64,000 nt of DNA from an uncultured archaeon (GCA_963845205.1 CAWJRC010000002.1:13928-77927), one strand, 5' to 3'; shown: positions 1-9,347, numbered from the stretch's first letter. The notes: generated by a model not told the origin, from the sequence alone. A program made the numbers and translations.

Positions 1-1
1 A

Positions 2-622
2 TTGAAATATCCAAGGGAACTTTCAGGAGAAGGAATTGTTCTGCAATTGATAAACTCAATCGGACATACAGCTCCATTAGCAAAAATAAAATATAACAAT
101 GAAACTTTTTACATGCCTGCATGCAAAGGACTAATAGAAGGACAAAATATAAAATTCGGAGGAAATGAAATTCAGAATGGAAATATCTTACAATTGAAAG
201 ATATTCCAGTTAAAACAATGATCTATGATATTGAAGCGAGGCCAGGAGATGGGGGAGTTTTTATAAAAACGGCTGGAAGTTATGCTGTTGTTAGCAAGGT
301 AATAGGAGAAAGAATCTTTGTTGCAATGCCCTCAAAAAAAGAAAAAGAATTTAATCCAAGATGCAGAGCAGTTATAGGTATGATCGCAGGAGCAGGAAGA
401 TTAGACAAACCGGTCATGAAAGCAGGAAAGAAATTTTTTATTAAGAAAACAAGAAATAAATTATGGCCAAGAACATCTGCAGTTAAGATGAACGCTATAG
501 ATCATCCGTTTGGTTCTGGTAGAGGAAAGAGAATCAAGAGTAAGATTGCTAAGAGAAACGCACCTGCAGGAGCAAGGGTAGGATTAATCAGACCAAGAAG
601 AACAGGGAGGAAGAAAAGATAA
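2..622 (+). CDS. rpl2: 50S ribosomal protein uL2 (5' end cut by window edge)
   Basis: uL2 C-terminal hallmarks (GGVFIKTAGSYA, MNAIDHPFGSGRG, basic tail). Directly upstream of uS19. About 35 N-terminal residues are missing, so the TTG at 2 is not the real start. Confidence 0.93.
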   Translation: MKYPRELSGEGIVLQLINSIGHTAPLAKIKYNNETFYMPACKGLIEGQNIKFGGNEIQNGNILQLKDIPVKTMIYDIEARPGDGGVFIKTAGSYAVVSKVIGERIFVAMPSKKEKEFNPRCRAVIGMIAGAGRLDKPVMKAGKKFFIKKTRNKLWPRTSAVKMNAIDHPFGSGRGKRIKSKIAKRNAPAGARVGLIRPRRTGRKKR

Positions 623-1023
623 TGGCAGAAACATCAACAAAAAAACCAATTACATTCAGAGGAAAAACAATTGAAGAGTTGAAAAACCTAGATGTGAGAG
701 AGTTTGCAAAGTATCTTTCATCAAGAGAAAGAAGAAGTGTTTTAAGACAGTTCCAGGTTATTGAAGATTTTGTCAGCAGAGCAAAAAAGAAAGCTGAAAA
801 AAATAAGACAATCAGAACTCATAAAAGAACGATTATAATTGTTCCACAAATGGTTGGAATGAAAATCTCAACTTATAATGGTAAAGAATTTATGCCTACT
901 GAAATCACAGGACAAATGCTCGGACACAGATTAGGGGAATTTTCTCCGACGAGAAGTAAAGTTAAACATGGTACTGCCGGAATCGGTTCGACAAAGGGTT
1001 CAAAGGCACAAGCTAAGAAATAA
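622..1023 (+). CDS. rps19: 30S ribosomal protein uS19
   Basis: Motifs VGMKISTYNGKEF and GHRLGEFSPTR. 1-nt overlap with the uL2 stop. Conserved L2-S19-L22-S3 order. Confidence 0.95.
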   Translation: MAETSTKKPITFRGKTIEELKNLDVREFAKYLSSRERRSVLRQFQVIEDFVSRAKKKAEKNKTIRTHKRTIIIVPQMVGMKISTYNGKEFMPTEITGQMLGHRLGEFSPTRSKVKHGTAGIGSTKGSKAQAKK

Positions 1024-1025
1024 AC

Positions 1026-1607
1026 ATGACAGAAAAAAATTATAATCCGCAACAGAAAGACAGCAAGACAATGAAGAAACAGCAAAATGTAAATCCGAAA
1101 GTTGAGCAGAAGGCAAATGTTGCTGAAACAAAAAAGAAAGATGAGAAAAAAGAAACAAAAGTTGAAGAGAAAAAAACTGAAAAAAAACAAATTCAAAAAG
1201 TTAAGAAAGATGAAGCTGTTGTCAATGGGATAAGTCTTCCAATTTCAACAAAGGATTCAGTTGCGATTTGCAAGTTCATAAAGGGAAAAACAATAGATAA
1301 GGCAATTTCAGATTTAGAGGAAGTTGAAAAGTTTAGAAAAGTAATTCCAATGACAGGAGAAATCCCCCATAGAAAAGGTAAGGGAATGATGTCAGGAAGA
1401 TATATGACAAAACCTGTTAAAATCTTCATAAAAATATTGAAAGACCTGAAAGCAAATTCAAATGTAAACGGATTAGAAGAACCAATAATTGTCGAGGCTG
1501 TTCCTAACAGAGCTTCACGCCCTTATGGAAGATTCGGTTCAGTGAAAAGGAAAAGAACTCATGTTAAAATTAAAGCAGTTGAAAAGAAAATCAAGGAGAA
1601 AAAATAA
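1026..1607 (+). CDS. rpl22: 50S ribosomal protein uL22 with a ~65-aa K/E-rich N-terminal extension
   Basis: The C-terminal 130 aa match uL22 (SVAICKFIKGKTIDKAI, IPHRKGKGMMSGRY, RTHVKI). Operon position fits. Confidence 0.9.
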   Translation: MTEKNYNPQQKDSKTMKKQQNVNPKVEQKANVAETKKKDEKKETKVEEKKTEKKQIQKVKKDEAVVNGISLPISTKDSVAICKFIKGKTIDKAISDLEEVEKFRKVIPMTGEIPHRKGKGMMSGRYMTKPVKIFIKILKDLKANSNVNGLEEPIIVEAVPNRASRPYGRFGSVKRKRTHVKIKAVEKKIKEKK

Positions 1608-2281
1608 TGGAAGAAAAAAGCGTTGTAAAATTTAAGAAAGATGAATTTACTATTAAGGAATATATCAAAAGCGTTTTAGGTAAAGGAAAGATCAGCAAAG
1701 TAAGAATTGAATATACACCTATAGGTGAAAAAGTAATTGTTTCAACAAACAAGCCCGGATTAGTTATCGGAAAGAGAGGGGAAAAAATTGATGAACTGAC
1801 AAATGTATTAAAAAATAGATTCAAACTTGAAAATCCGAGAATTGAAATTGATGAAATAATGCAGCCTGAATATGATGCGCAGATAATTGCTGATGAAATT
1901 GCACTAAGCCTTGAGAGATTAGGGCCTTTAAAATTCAAAGTAATTGCGTACAAAGAACTTCAGAAAGTTATGCGTGCAGGAGCTCTTGGAGTGGAAATCG
2001 TTCTAGGAGGAAAACTTCCAAGTTCAAGAGCAAAATCATGGAGATTCCAGCAGGGTTACCTTAAAAAAATCGGAGACAGTGCAAAAGTCGTTGATAGAGC
2101 AAAGGCAGTTGCTCAGACAAGACCCGGAACAATAGGAGTTAAAGTAAGCATACTTTCCCCTTATGCTATCCTTAAAGACAAAGTTACTATCAATAAAGAA
2201 CTTGTTGAAAGATTAAAGATGAATGCTGCTCAAATTGAAGAAATTAAAGAAGAAAAGAAAAAAACAAGAAGGAAAAAATAA
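1607..2281 (+). CDS. rps3: 30S ribosomal protein uS3
   Basis: KH-domain pattern (GLVIGKRGEKIDEL) and GALGVEIVLGGKL. Position after uL22. Confidence 0.95.
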   Translation: MEEKSVVKFKKDEFTIKEYIKSVLGKGKISKVRIEYTPIGEKVIVSTNKPGLVIGKRGEKIDELTNVLKNRFKLENPRIEIDEIMQPEYDAQIIADEIALSLERLGPLKFKVIAYKELQKVMRAGALGVEIVLGGKLPSSRAKSWRFQQGYLKKIGDSAKVVDRAKAVAQTRPGTIGVKVSILSPYAILKDKVTINKELVERLKMNAAQIEEIKEEKKKTRRKK

Positions 2282-2284
2282 AAA

Positions 2285-2491
2285 ATGGCTAAATTAAAAA
2301 TTAAAGATATAAGAAATTCAAGCGAAGGAGAAAGAATGAAAAAGATTGAAGAACTGAAATTTGAACTTGTAAAAGCTAAGGCTGGAGCAATGAAATCTGG
2401 AACTTCAAAAGTAAAAGAGATTAAAAAGATGATCGCAAGAATATTAACTCTCAACAACCAAAATAAAAATGTGGAGGTTGAGCATAAGTAA
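2285..2491 (+). CDS. rpl29: 50S ribosomal protein uL29
   Basis: 68-aa helical protein (ELKFELVKAKAG...IARILT). Position after uS3. Confidence 0.85.
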   Translation: MAKLKIKDIRNSSEGERMKKIEELKFELVKAKAGAMKSGTSKVKEIKKMIARILTLNNQNKNVEVEHK

Positions 2492-2494
2492 ACA

Positions 2495-2788
2495 ATGGAA
2501 ATATGTCCAAAATGCGGCTTGCCTAAGCAAGCCTGTGTGTGCGAAAAAATCGCAAAAGGTTCGCAGAATATCAAAGTGACGACGGACAAGAAGAGATACG
2601 GAAAAATCGTCACAATTGTCAGCGGACTTGAAGGAGTAGATGTAAGGGAAATCGCAAAAGCTCTAAAAAACGAGCTTGCATGCGGAGGAACTTATAGAGA
2701 CAGCGAAGTAGAACTTCAAGGAGACCACAGGAAACGAATAAAAGACGTTCTCGTGAAACTTGGGTTCGATGCAGAATCGATTGATTAA
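2495..2788 (+). CDS. sui1: translation initiation factor aSUI1 (eIF1 family)
   Basis: N-terminal CPKCG..CVC zinc knuckle plus the SUI1 core (KRYGKIVTIVSGL, LKNELACGGT, ELQGDHR). Confidence 0.9.
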   Translation: MEICPKCGLPKQACVCEKIAKGSQNIKVTTDKKRYGKIVTIVSGLEGVDVREIAKALKNELACGGTYRDSEVELQGDHRKRIKDVLVKLGFDAESID

Positions 2789-2810
2789 GCACATCAAACA
2801 CAAAGAAAAA

Positions 2811-3173
2811 ATGGAAAAGAAAAAAACAAACGAAAAAATGAAAGAAAAGAAAGAATCAAAAGTAGCTGGAGCTATTTGTAATGATGTCAAATGCCCCACT
2901 CACGGAAGTCTTAAAGTAAGAGGAAGAACTTTTGAAGGAAGAGTGACAAAGAAATTCCCTAAAAGAATTGTAATTGAATTTGAGAGAATGATTTATTCAA
3001 AAAAATATGAAAGATATTTCAAATCAAAAACAAAGATTCACGCAAGGCTTCCCGACTGTATGACAAATGAAATTAATGTAGGAGATCTTATACAGATTGG
3101 AGAATGCCGTCCGTTAAGCAAGATAATCCATTTCGTTGTAATTAAAAAAATAAAATCAGTAGGAGAAAGATAA
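2811..3173 (+). CDS. rps17: 30S ribosomal protein uS17
   Basis: CNDVKCPTHGSLKVRGRTFEGRV and GDLIQIGECRPLSK. The ATG at 2811 is preferred over the ORF-track start at 2760, which overlaps SUI1. Confidence 0.9.
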   Translation: MEKKKTNEKMKEKKESKVAGAICNDVKCPTHGSLKVRGRTFEGRVTKKFPKRIVIEFERMIYSKKYERYFKSKTKIHARLPDCMTNEINVGDLIQIGECRPLSKIIHFVVIKKIKSVGER

Positions 3174-3175
3174 AC

Positions 3176-3577
3176 ATGAAAGCAGTATCCGCAAGAGTAA
3201 CACGAGGGTTGAACATTGGCGCAATGATGGTTGCCGCTGACAATAGCGGAGCAAAGATTGTGAAATTAGTTTCAATCAAGCATGGAAAAAGCAGAAAAGG
3301 CAGACAGGGCTATGCAAAAGTTGCTGACTGGGTAAAGGTCAGCGTCAGAAAAGGCCTTCCAGACATGAAAGGAAAAGTTTTCGATGCTATCGTTGTGAGA
3401 CAAAAAAAATCATACCGAAGATTAAACGGGGAGAGAGTCGCTTTTGAAGACAATGCAGTCGCTCTATTGAAAGATGAAAAGGGAAATCCAAAAGGAACTC
3501 AAATTAAAGGAGTAGTCGCAAGGGAGGTTATGGAGCGATGGCCATCAGTTGCCAAAATCGCCAGCTCAGTATACTAA
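3176..3577 (+). CDS. rpl14: 50S ribosomal protein uL14
   Basis: ADNSGAK motif; 133 aa; canonical position. Confidence 0.95.
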   Translation: MKAVSARVTRGLNIGAMMVAADNSGAKIVKLVSIKHGKSRKGRQGYAKVADWVKVSVRKGLPDMKGKVFDAIVVRQKKSYRRLNGERVAFEDNAVALLKDEKGNPKGTQIKGVVAREVMERWPSVAKIASSVY

Positions 3578-3582
3578 ATAAA

Positions 3583-3996
3583 ATGAAACAAAAATTTTCA
3601 ACACATTGGAAGGCAAGTAAACAACCAAGAAAACAAAGGAAATATGCAGCGAAAGCTCCTATTCATATAAAACAAAGATTGCTAAGCGCAAATCTCTCAA
3701 AAGAATTAAGAAAACAACATAAAATGAGAAATATTATTTTAAGAAAAGGAGATAAGGTTAAGATAATGCGGGGAAAATTCAAGAAGAAACAAGGAAAGAT
3801 AATTGAAGTAAATGTTAAAAGTTCAAAGATTAAAGTAGAAGACGTTATGATAAAGAAAAGTGACGGAAGCAAAGTAAATGTTAAAATACGTCCATCAAAT
3901 GTCCAGATTATAGAATTAAATTTAGATGACAAGAAAAGAATGAAAAATATTAAAACAGAATCAAAGAAAGAAATTAAGGAGGAAAATAAAAAATGA
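3583..3996 (+). CDS. rpl24: 50S ribosomal protein uL24
   Basis: KOW motif (RKGDKVKIMRGKFKKKQGKIIEV). The ATG at 3583 follows the uL14 stop. Confidence 0.9.
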   Translation: MKQKFSTHWKASKQPRKQRKYAAKAPIHIKQRLLSANLSKELRKQHKMRNIILRKGDKVKIMRGKFKKKQGKIIEVNVKSSKIKVEDVMIKKSDGSKVNVKIRPSNVQIIELNLDDKKRMKNIKTESKKEIKEENKK

Positions 3997-4643
3997 GTCA
4001 CTTAAAGAGACAATCAATCCCTAAAAAATGGCCGATTGAAAGAAAGGGCACTACTTATGTAGTGAAATCCAATTTCAATTTTGAAAACGGAGTCCCAATG
4101 CTAATTGTATTGAGGAATATGCTTAAACTAGCACAGACAAGAAGGGAAGCAAAAAGAATAATCCACTTAAGGCAAATTTTACTAAATGGAAGAATTGTAA
4201 CAGATGAGAAAGATAATGTTTCATTATTTGATACATTGAGCATACTCGCAACAAAAAAACATTACAGACTTGAACTTTCTGAAAATGGAAAATTCCAACT
4301 TAATGAAATAAAAGAAAGCGAGGCAGACAAAAAGATTGCAAAAATAATAAATAAGAAGGTCCTTAAGGGAAAGAAAATACAATTAAATCTTAATGACGGA
4401 AGAAATTTTCTTTCAGATATTAAATGCAACACAAATGATTCCATTATTGTGGATCTTAAGGGGAAGAAAATACAAAAATGCCTCCCCCTTAAAGAAAAGG
4501 CGAAGGTAATTATTTTCTCAGGGAAACATCTTGGTAAAAATGGAGAAATAATCCAATTAAATCCTGAAGAAAAAATTGCAAAAGTAAAAGTAGACAACAA
4601 GGAAATTAATATTTTAATTAAACAATTAATGGTAGTTGAATAA
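3993..4643 (+). CDS. rps4e: 30S ribosomal protein eS4
   Basis: N-terminus MSHLKRQSIPKKWPI is typical of S4e. ATGA overlap with uL24. Confidence 0.9.
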   Translation: MSHLKRQSIPKKWPIERKGTTYVVKSNFNFENGVPMLIVLRNMLKLAQTRREAKRIIHLRQILLNGRIVTDEKDNVSLFDTLSILATKKHYRLELSENGKFQLNEIKESEADKKIAKIINKKVLKGKKIQLNLNDGRNFLSDIKCNTNDSIIVDLKGKKIQKCLPLKEKAKVIIFSGKHLGKNGEIIQLNPEEKIAKVKVDNKEINILIKQLMVVE

Positions 4644-4644
4644 A

Positions 4645-5160
4645 ATGAAAAAAGAAAATAAAACAGAAAATCCCACAAGAACAGTAAGAATAGATAAAGT
4701 CGTTCTTAGCACGGGAGGAAGCTCAGAGAAACTTGAAAAGGGAATCAAGCTGCTTAAGTTAATCACCGGAAGAAATCCTGCAAAGATGAAATCGCACAAA
4801 AGAATTCCCGCTTTCGAGGTTCGTCCCAACCTTGAAGTCGGGGCTGTAGTTACAATAAGAAAGGATTTAAATGCAGTTTTGAAAAGAATGTTGACTGCAG
4901 TTGAAAATAAACTAAGGAACAAACAGATTAGTGAAAATAATTTTTCATTCGGAATAAAAGAATACATCGAGATCCCTGGAATGGAATATCAGAGAGATCT
5001 GGGAATTATGGGCCTTGATGTTACTGTCGTCTTCAAAAGAATGGGCAGAAGAGTAAGTTTAAGAAAAATGAAGAAAGGAAAAATTCCTGCAAGGCAAAGA
5101 ATAAGCAAAGAAGAAATAATTAAATTTATGAAGGATAATTTCCAGACGGAGTTTACATAA
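4645..5160 (+). CDS. rpl5: 50S ribosomal protein uL5
   Basis: [36 protein letters not shown] at 4645, just after the eS4 stop. Confidence 0.95.
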   Translation: MKKENKTENPTRTVRIDKVVLSTGGSSEKLEKGIKLLKLITGRNPAKMKSHKRIPAFEVRPNLEVGAVVTIRKDLNAVLKRMLTAVENKLRNKQISENNFSFGIKEYIEIPGMEYQRDLGIMGLDVTVVFKRMGRRVSLRKMKKGKIPARQRISKEEIIKFMKDNFQTEFT

Positions 5161-5390
5161 TGACCGCAAGTAATTATAAAAAAATACTGAAACAACTAAA
5201 AAATAAACCTGCAAAAATGGAAAAGTTCATTAAACATAACAAGCCAAAAGATAGAAAGATTGGAGTCGTATCAAAACAATGCGAAAGATGTGGGAGATTT
5301 GGGGCTCATATAAAATCATATGGATTAAATTTATGCCGACACTGTTTCAGAGAAATCGCAACAGAAATCGGCTTTCAAAAATATAGTTAA
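5160..5390 (+). CDS. rps14: 30S ribosomal protein uS14 (zinc-binding type)
   Basis: CERCGR...CRHCFRE zinc ribbon and C-terminal GFQKYS. Confidence 0.9.
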   Translation: MTASNYKKILKQLKNKPAKMEKFIKHNKPKDRKIGVVSKQCERCGRFGAHIKSYGLNLCRHCFREIATEIGFQKYS

Positions 5391-5391
5391 A

Positions 5392-5772
5392 ATGGCACAA
5401 GATATAATCGCTAACGCACTGAACATGATCAAAAATGCAAGAACGTCTGGAAAAGAAGAAGTAGAAGTGAAAAGAATTTCGAATTTGTTAATTGAAATTC
5501 TGAAAATTATGAAGCAGAAAGACATGATAAAAAAATATAAGATTAATCCTACAGAAAAAAGCGTTGAGATTACTATGGGGAACGTTACCGAATGCAAAGC
5601 GATAAAACCAAGATTCACAGTTAAGAAAGAACAAATCGACAAATATATGAGAAGATATCTTCCTGCAAGAGGAATTGGGACAATCGTAATCTCTACAAAC
5701 AAGGGACTGATGACTCATGATGAGGCATTAGAAGAAGGAATAGGAGGAAGCTTAATTGCTTATTTTTACTAA
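5392..5772 (+). CDS. rps8: 30S ribosomal protein uS8
   Basis: DIIANALNMIKNA start and GGSLIAYFY end. Confidence 0.92.
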   Translation: MAQDIIANALNMIKNARTSGKEEVEVKRISNLLIEILKIMKQKDMIKKYKINPTEKSVEITMGNVTECKAIKPRFTVKKEQIDKYMRRYLPARGIGTIVISTNKGLMTHDEALEEGIGGSLIAYFY

Positions 5773-6314
5773 TGAGAAGAGAATTAATGCAGACAATTAA
5801 AATTCCTGAAGGAGTAAATGCTGAAATTAAAGATAATAAGATAATTATTGAAGGAAAAGAAGGAAAAAATGAAAGGGAATTTAATTTTACAGGATTAAAC
5901 CTTGAAAAGAGAGGGAATGAAATAATTTTTGGAAATAAAAAATCGACTAAAAAAGAAAAAAGAAGAATGAACACAATCGCAGCACATATAAAAAATATGA
6001 TTGAAGGTGTTCAGAATAAATTTGAATACAAATTGAAAGCATGTTTCAGCCATTTTCCTATGACAGTTGAAGTTAAAGGGCATGAAGCTATGATAAAAAA
6101 CTTTTTGGGCGAAAAAGTTCCAAGGAAAGTAGGAATTCCTTCTGGAGCTGAAGTTAAAGTTGACAAAGATGTTATAACTGTAACTTCAACAGACATTGAA
6201 ACTGCAGGACAAGCTGCTGCAAATTTTGAAAATGCCACAAGGATCCCAAACAAGGACAGAAGAGTTTTTCAGGACGGGATTTTCATAACAAGTAAATGTG
6301 GGGAGTCGATATAA
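5772..6314 (+). CDS. rpl6: 50S ribosomal protein uL6
   Basis: Two-domain uL6 pattern (IPEGVNAEIKDNKIIIEGKEG, HFPMTVEVKG). Operon position fits. Confidence 0.9.
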   Translation: MRRELMQTIKIPEGVNAEIKDNKIIIEGKEGKNEREFNFTGLNLEKRGNEIIFGNKKSTKKEKRRMNTIAAHIKNMIEGVQNKFEYKLKACFSHFPMTVEVKGHEAMIKNFLGEKVPRKVGIPSGAEVKVDKDVITVTSTDIETAGQAAANFENATRIPNKDRRVFQDGIFITSKCGESI

Positions 6315-6709
6315 TGTCAAAAGAATTCAAAAGAAGAAACTGGACAAGAGCATCGAGACTTGGAAAAAATAGGAAAAATAAACAAACTTGGAGAAGAGCG
6401 AAAGGAAGGCATAACAAAGTAAGAGAAAAGAGAAAGGGTTATCCTATAAAAGTTATGATTGGATTCAAAACAGACAAAAAGGAAAGAGGACTTTTAGAAA
6501 ATAAAAAACCAGTAATAGTAAATAATTTAAGAGAACTTGAAAGAATCCAAAAAGGAGAAATTGCAATCGTAGGAAAAGTTGGAAAAAGAAAAATGATAGA
6601 GATAATAAAGAAAGCAAAAGAAAAAGGTATTACTGTAAATAACTTAAATGTTAATAAAATATTGAAAAAAAATGAAAAAGAAAAAAGTAAAACGGAGACA
6701 AAAAAATGA
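6314..6709 (+). CDS. rpl32e: 50S ribosomal protein eL32
   Basis: FKRRNWTRASRLGKNRKNKQTWRRAKGRHNK. ATG at 6314 overlaps the uL6 stop by 1 nt. Confidence 0.9.
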   Translation: MSKEFKRRNWTRASRLGKNRKNKQTWRRAKGRHNKVREKRKGYPIKVMIGFKTDKKERGLLENKKPVIVNNLRELERIQKGEIAIVGKVGKRKMIEIIKKAKEKGITVNNLNVNKILKKNEKEKSKTETKK

Positions 6710-7107
6710 ACCTTAAAAAGAAAAAATCATTAGCGGCCAGAACATTTGGCGTTGGAGAAAGCAGAATTGAATTTATAAAACCAAGACTTGATGAAATCAA
6801 AGAAGCAATAACAAAACAGGATATCCGAGATTTATACAAAGAAGGCGCTATTAGAATAAAAAATGTAAAGGGAAGAAAAAAGCTCGTAATCAAGAAAAAG
6901 AAAAAAGGGGTAGGAAGTGTAAAGAAAAAGATTAATAAAAGGAAAAGAGAGTACGTCCTATTAACGAGAAAGCTCAGAAAATATCTTTCTGAATCAAGCG
7001 GAAAAATTACAGACAAAGAAAGAATAGATATAAGGAAAAAAATAAGAAACAGATTTTTTAGGAGTAAATTGCAACTCAAAGAATATATTGGAGGAATTGG
7101 AAAATGA
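6706..7107 (+). CDS. rpl19e: 50S ribosomal protein eL19
   Basis: LKKKKSLAARTFGVGESRI start; basic helical tail; ATGA overlap. Confidence 0.9.
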   Translation: MNLKKKKSLAARTFGVGESRIEFIKPRLDEIKEAITKQDIRDLYKEGAIRIKNVKGRKKLVIKKKKKGVGSVKKKINKRKREYVLLTRKLRKYLSESSGKITDKERIDIRKKIRNRFFRSKLQLKEYIGGIGK

Positions 7108-7598
7108 AAATATCAAAACGAAGAAGAACAGAAGGAAGAACAGATTATGCAAATAGAATTAAGCTTTTGAAAAGTGGGGTTCCGAGAATTGTATTCAGAA
7201 AAACGGATAAATACATTATTGCAGAATATGTTACAAGTAAAGAAGCTCAAGATAAGATTGAGATGGGAATAACATCAAAAAGTTTACTTGGATATGGGTG
7301 GCCAAAAGAATTTGAAGGAAGTCTTAAATCAATTCCAGCATCATATTTAACAGGATATTTGATTGGAAAAGAAATAATAAAAAACAAACTGAAAAACCCA
7401 ATTGTTGATTTTGGAATGATAAGGGTCATAAAGAAAAATAAGGCTTTCGCATTTTTGAAAGGACTTGTCGACGCTGGAATAAAAATAAATGTTTTGAAAG
7501 AAGATTTTCCAGAAGAAGAAAGAATAAACGGAAAAAACATGAAAAAAGATTTTTCAAAATTTTTCAAAGAGATTAAATCAAAGATAGAGAAAAAATAA
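7104..7598 (+). CDS. rpl18: 50S ribosomal protein uL18
   Basis: RRRTEGRTDY start, then RIVFRKTDKYIIAEY. Confidence 0.9.
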   Translation: MKISKRRRTEGRTDYANRIKLLKSGVPRIVFRKTDKYIIAEYVTSKEAQDKIEMGITSKSLLGYGWPKEFEGSLKSIPASYLTGYLIGKEIIKNKLKNPIVDFGMIRVIKKNKAFAFLKGLVDAGIKINVLKEDFPEEERINGKNMKKDFSKFFKEIKSKIEKK

Positions 7599-7599
7599 G

Positions 7600-8367
7600 A
7601 TGGCAGAAGAAAAAATAAAGAAAATGGATACAGAAGCTGAAGATATCAGCGAAGAACTTCTCGAAAAAGAGATAGTCAAAGAGATAGTTGACGAAAGAAC
7701 GGATAAAGAAAAGGAAAGGGATGCAGAAATATCTTCATGGGTTCCACATACAAAATTAGGAAAAGAAGTAAAGGAAAGGAAAATAAAAAATATAGATGAT
7801 ATACTTGATTCTGGAAAGAAAATCCTTGAACCCCAAATTGTTGATTCTCTTGTAAATGTAAAGTCAGATTTGCTTTCAATAGGGCAATCAAAGGGAAAAT
7901 TCGGCGGCGGAAAAAGAAGAGCCTGGAAACAAACACAAAGAAAGACTATGGAAGGAAATGTTCCTACTTTCTCAACATTAGCGGTTATCGGAGATGAAAA
8001 CGGACATGTCGGAATCGGTATGGGACATGCTAAAGAAACTTTGCCTGCAAGGGACAAAGCAATAAGAAAAGCCAAATTAAACATTATGAAAGTTGGAAGA
8101 GCTTGTGCTAGTTTTGACTGCGCATGTGACGAACTTCATAGCATCCCGTTTAAAGTTGAAGGAAAATCTGGAAGTGTAAGGGTAACGTTGATTCCAGCAC
8201 CTCAGGGAACAGGGCTTGTCGTAGGAAAAGAATTGAAAAAAGTATTGAAACTTGCAGGAATAAAAGATGTTTATAGCAAGACATTCGGAAGCCAGAGAAC
8301 TACATTTAATCTTGTTAGAGCTTGTGTTAATGCATTAAGCAAAACAAATGTCGGAGGAAGAAAATGA
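7600..8367 (+). CDS. rps5: 30S ribosomal protein uS5 (acidic/K-rich N-terminal extension)
   Basis: GDENGHVGIGMGHAKE and LIPAPQGTGLVVG. Confidence 0.95.
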   Translation: MAEEKIKKMDTEAEDISEELLEKEIVKEIVDERTDKEKERDAEISSWVPHTKLGKEVKERKIKNIDDILDSGKKILEPQIVDSLVNVKSDLLSIGQSKGKFGGGKRRAWKQTQRKTMEGNVPTFSTLAVIGDENGHVGIGMGHAKETLPARDKAIRKAKLNIMKVGRACASFDCACDELHSIPFKVEGKSGSVRVTLIPAPQGTGLVVGKELKKVLKLAGIKDVYSKTFGSQRTTFNLVRACVNALSKTNVGGRK

Positions 8368-8558
8368 AAATAACTATTGAAGAATTAATTGCAGAAGGAT
8401 TTGAAAAGATGAATGAAAAACCTGTAGGCATTGAAGATACAAATAGGATTATATTAAACATCAAAAAAGAATATGATTCGCTTGTGACTAAAAAAGTTAA
8501 AGAAGGAAATAAAATAAATTATTATGACGTTTATGTAAAATATGGAGATGAACAATGA
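8364..8558 (+). CDS. hypothetical 64-aa protein inserted between uS5 and uL30
   Basis: ATG start with ATGA overlaps on both sides (8364-8367 with the uS5 stop, 8555-8558 with the uL30 start). Non-repetitive acidic sequence with no family I recognise. Confidence 0.5.
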   Translation: MKITIEELIAEGFEKMNEKPVGIEDTNRIILNIKKEYDSLVTKKVKEGNKINYYDVYVKYGDEQ

Positions 8559-8902
8559 TAGCAGTAGTAAGAATAACAGGAAATGTTAAAATAAGAAGCA
8601 AAATCGTAGAAACTTTTAACAGAATGAATTTAAAAAAGAAATATTCATGCATTGTTTTTGACAAACCTAAAGCAGAAGAATTGGGAATGATTGAGAAAGT
8701 AAAAGACTTTGTTGCATTTGGGGAAATTGATAAAGATACTTATAAAGAATTAGTCGCGAAGAGAGGAAAACAAGGAACAAAGTTTTTCAGACTTCATCCG
8801 CCAAGAGGAGGAATTGAGAGCAAAAAGCATTTTGGCGTTGATAAAGGAGTTTTAGGAAATAACAAAGAAAAAATAAATGACCTAATAAGGAGAATGTTAT
8901 AA
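8555..8902 (+). CDS. rpl30: 50S ribosomal protein uL30
   Basis: MIAVVRITGNVKI start and a FFRLHPPRGG segment. Confidence 0.9.
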   Translation: MIAVVRITGNVKIRSKIVETFNRMNLKKKYSCIVFDKPKAEELGMIEKVKDFVAFGEIDKDTYKELVAKRGKQGTKFFRLHPPRGGIESKKHFGVDKGVLGNNKEKINDLIRRML

Positions 8903-8903
8903 A

Positions 8904-9347
8904 ATGGCGATAAAAACACACAAACGAAGAAAGTCATCAAGAGAGCATGGAAGAGGAGCTGGAAGCTGTGGCTGGGGCTTTAGGAAAAAACACAAAAAGA
9001 AAGGTCATAAGGGTGGAGTTGGAATGTCAGGAACAGGAAAAAGAGCTGATCAGAAAAAAACACTTGTATTAAAGTTATACGGAAATGGATATTTTGGAAA
9101 ACAAGGAATAACAAGCAAGAGAACAGCAAGAGACAAAAGAAGAAGGATAAATCTTGGAACAATCCAAAGAAATATTGAAAGTTATGGAAAAAAAGAAGGG
9201 GACAAATGGATAATTAACTTAGAAGATTACAAAATTCTCGGAGAAGGAGAAGTTAAGGATAAATTAATTATCAAAGCAAAAGAAGCTTCAGAATCTGCCG
9301 TTGAAAAAGTTAAGAAGGCTGGTGGGGAAATTAAGATAGAGGAATGA
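8904..9347 (+). CDS. rpl15: 50S ribosomal protein uL15
   Basis: Gly/basic N-terminus (GRGAGSCGWGFRKKHKKKGHKGGVG) and a C-terminal KVKKAGGEI segment. Confidence 0.9.
   Translation: MAIKTHKRRKSSREHGRGAGSCGWGFRKKHKKKGHKGGVGMSGTGKRADQKKTLVLKLYGNGYFGKQGITSKRTARDKRRRINLGTIQRNIESYGKKEGDKWIINLEDYKILGEGEVKDKLIIKAKEASESAVEKVKKAGGEIKIEE

Noticed and set aside
873-1196. Long minus-strand ORFs rich in F/L/S/I opposite ribosomal-protein genes. Others of this kind include 1591-1953, 2230-2613, 3663-4001, 4262-4678, 5331-5702, 6651-7079, 7578-8084 and 55580-56068.
   Set aside because: They are antisense shadows of K/E-rich, AT-rich coding sequence (AAA/GAA read backwards gives TTT/TTC). They are low-complexity, and the sense-strand genes are unambiguous.
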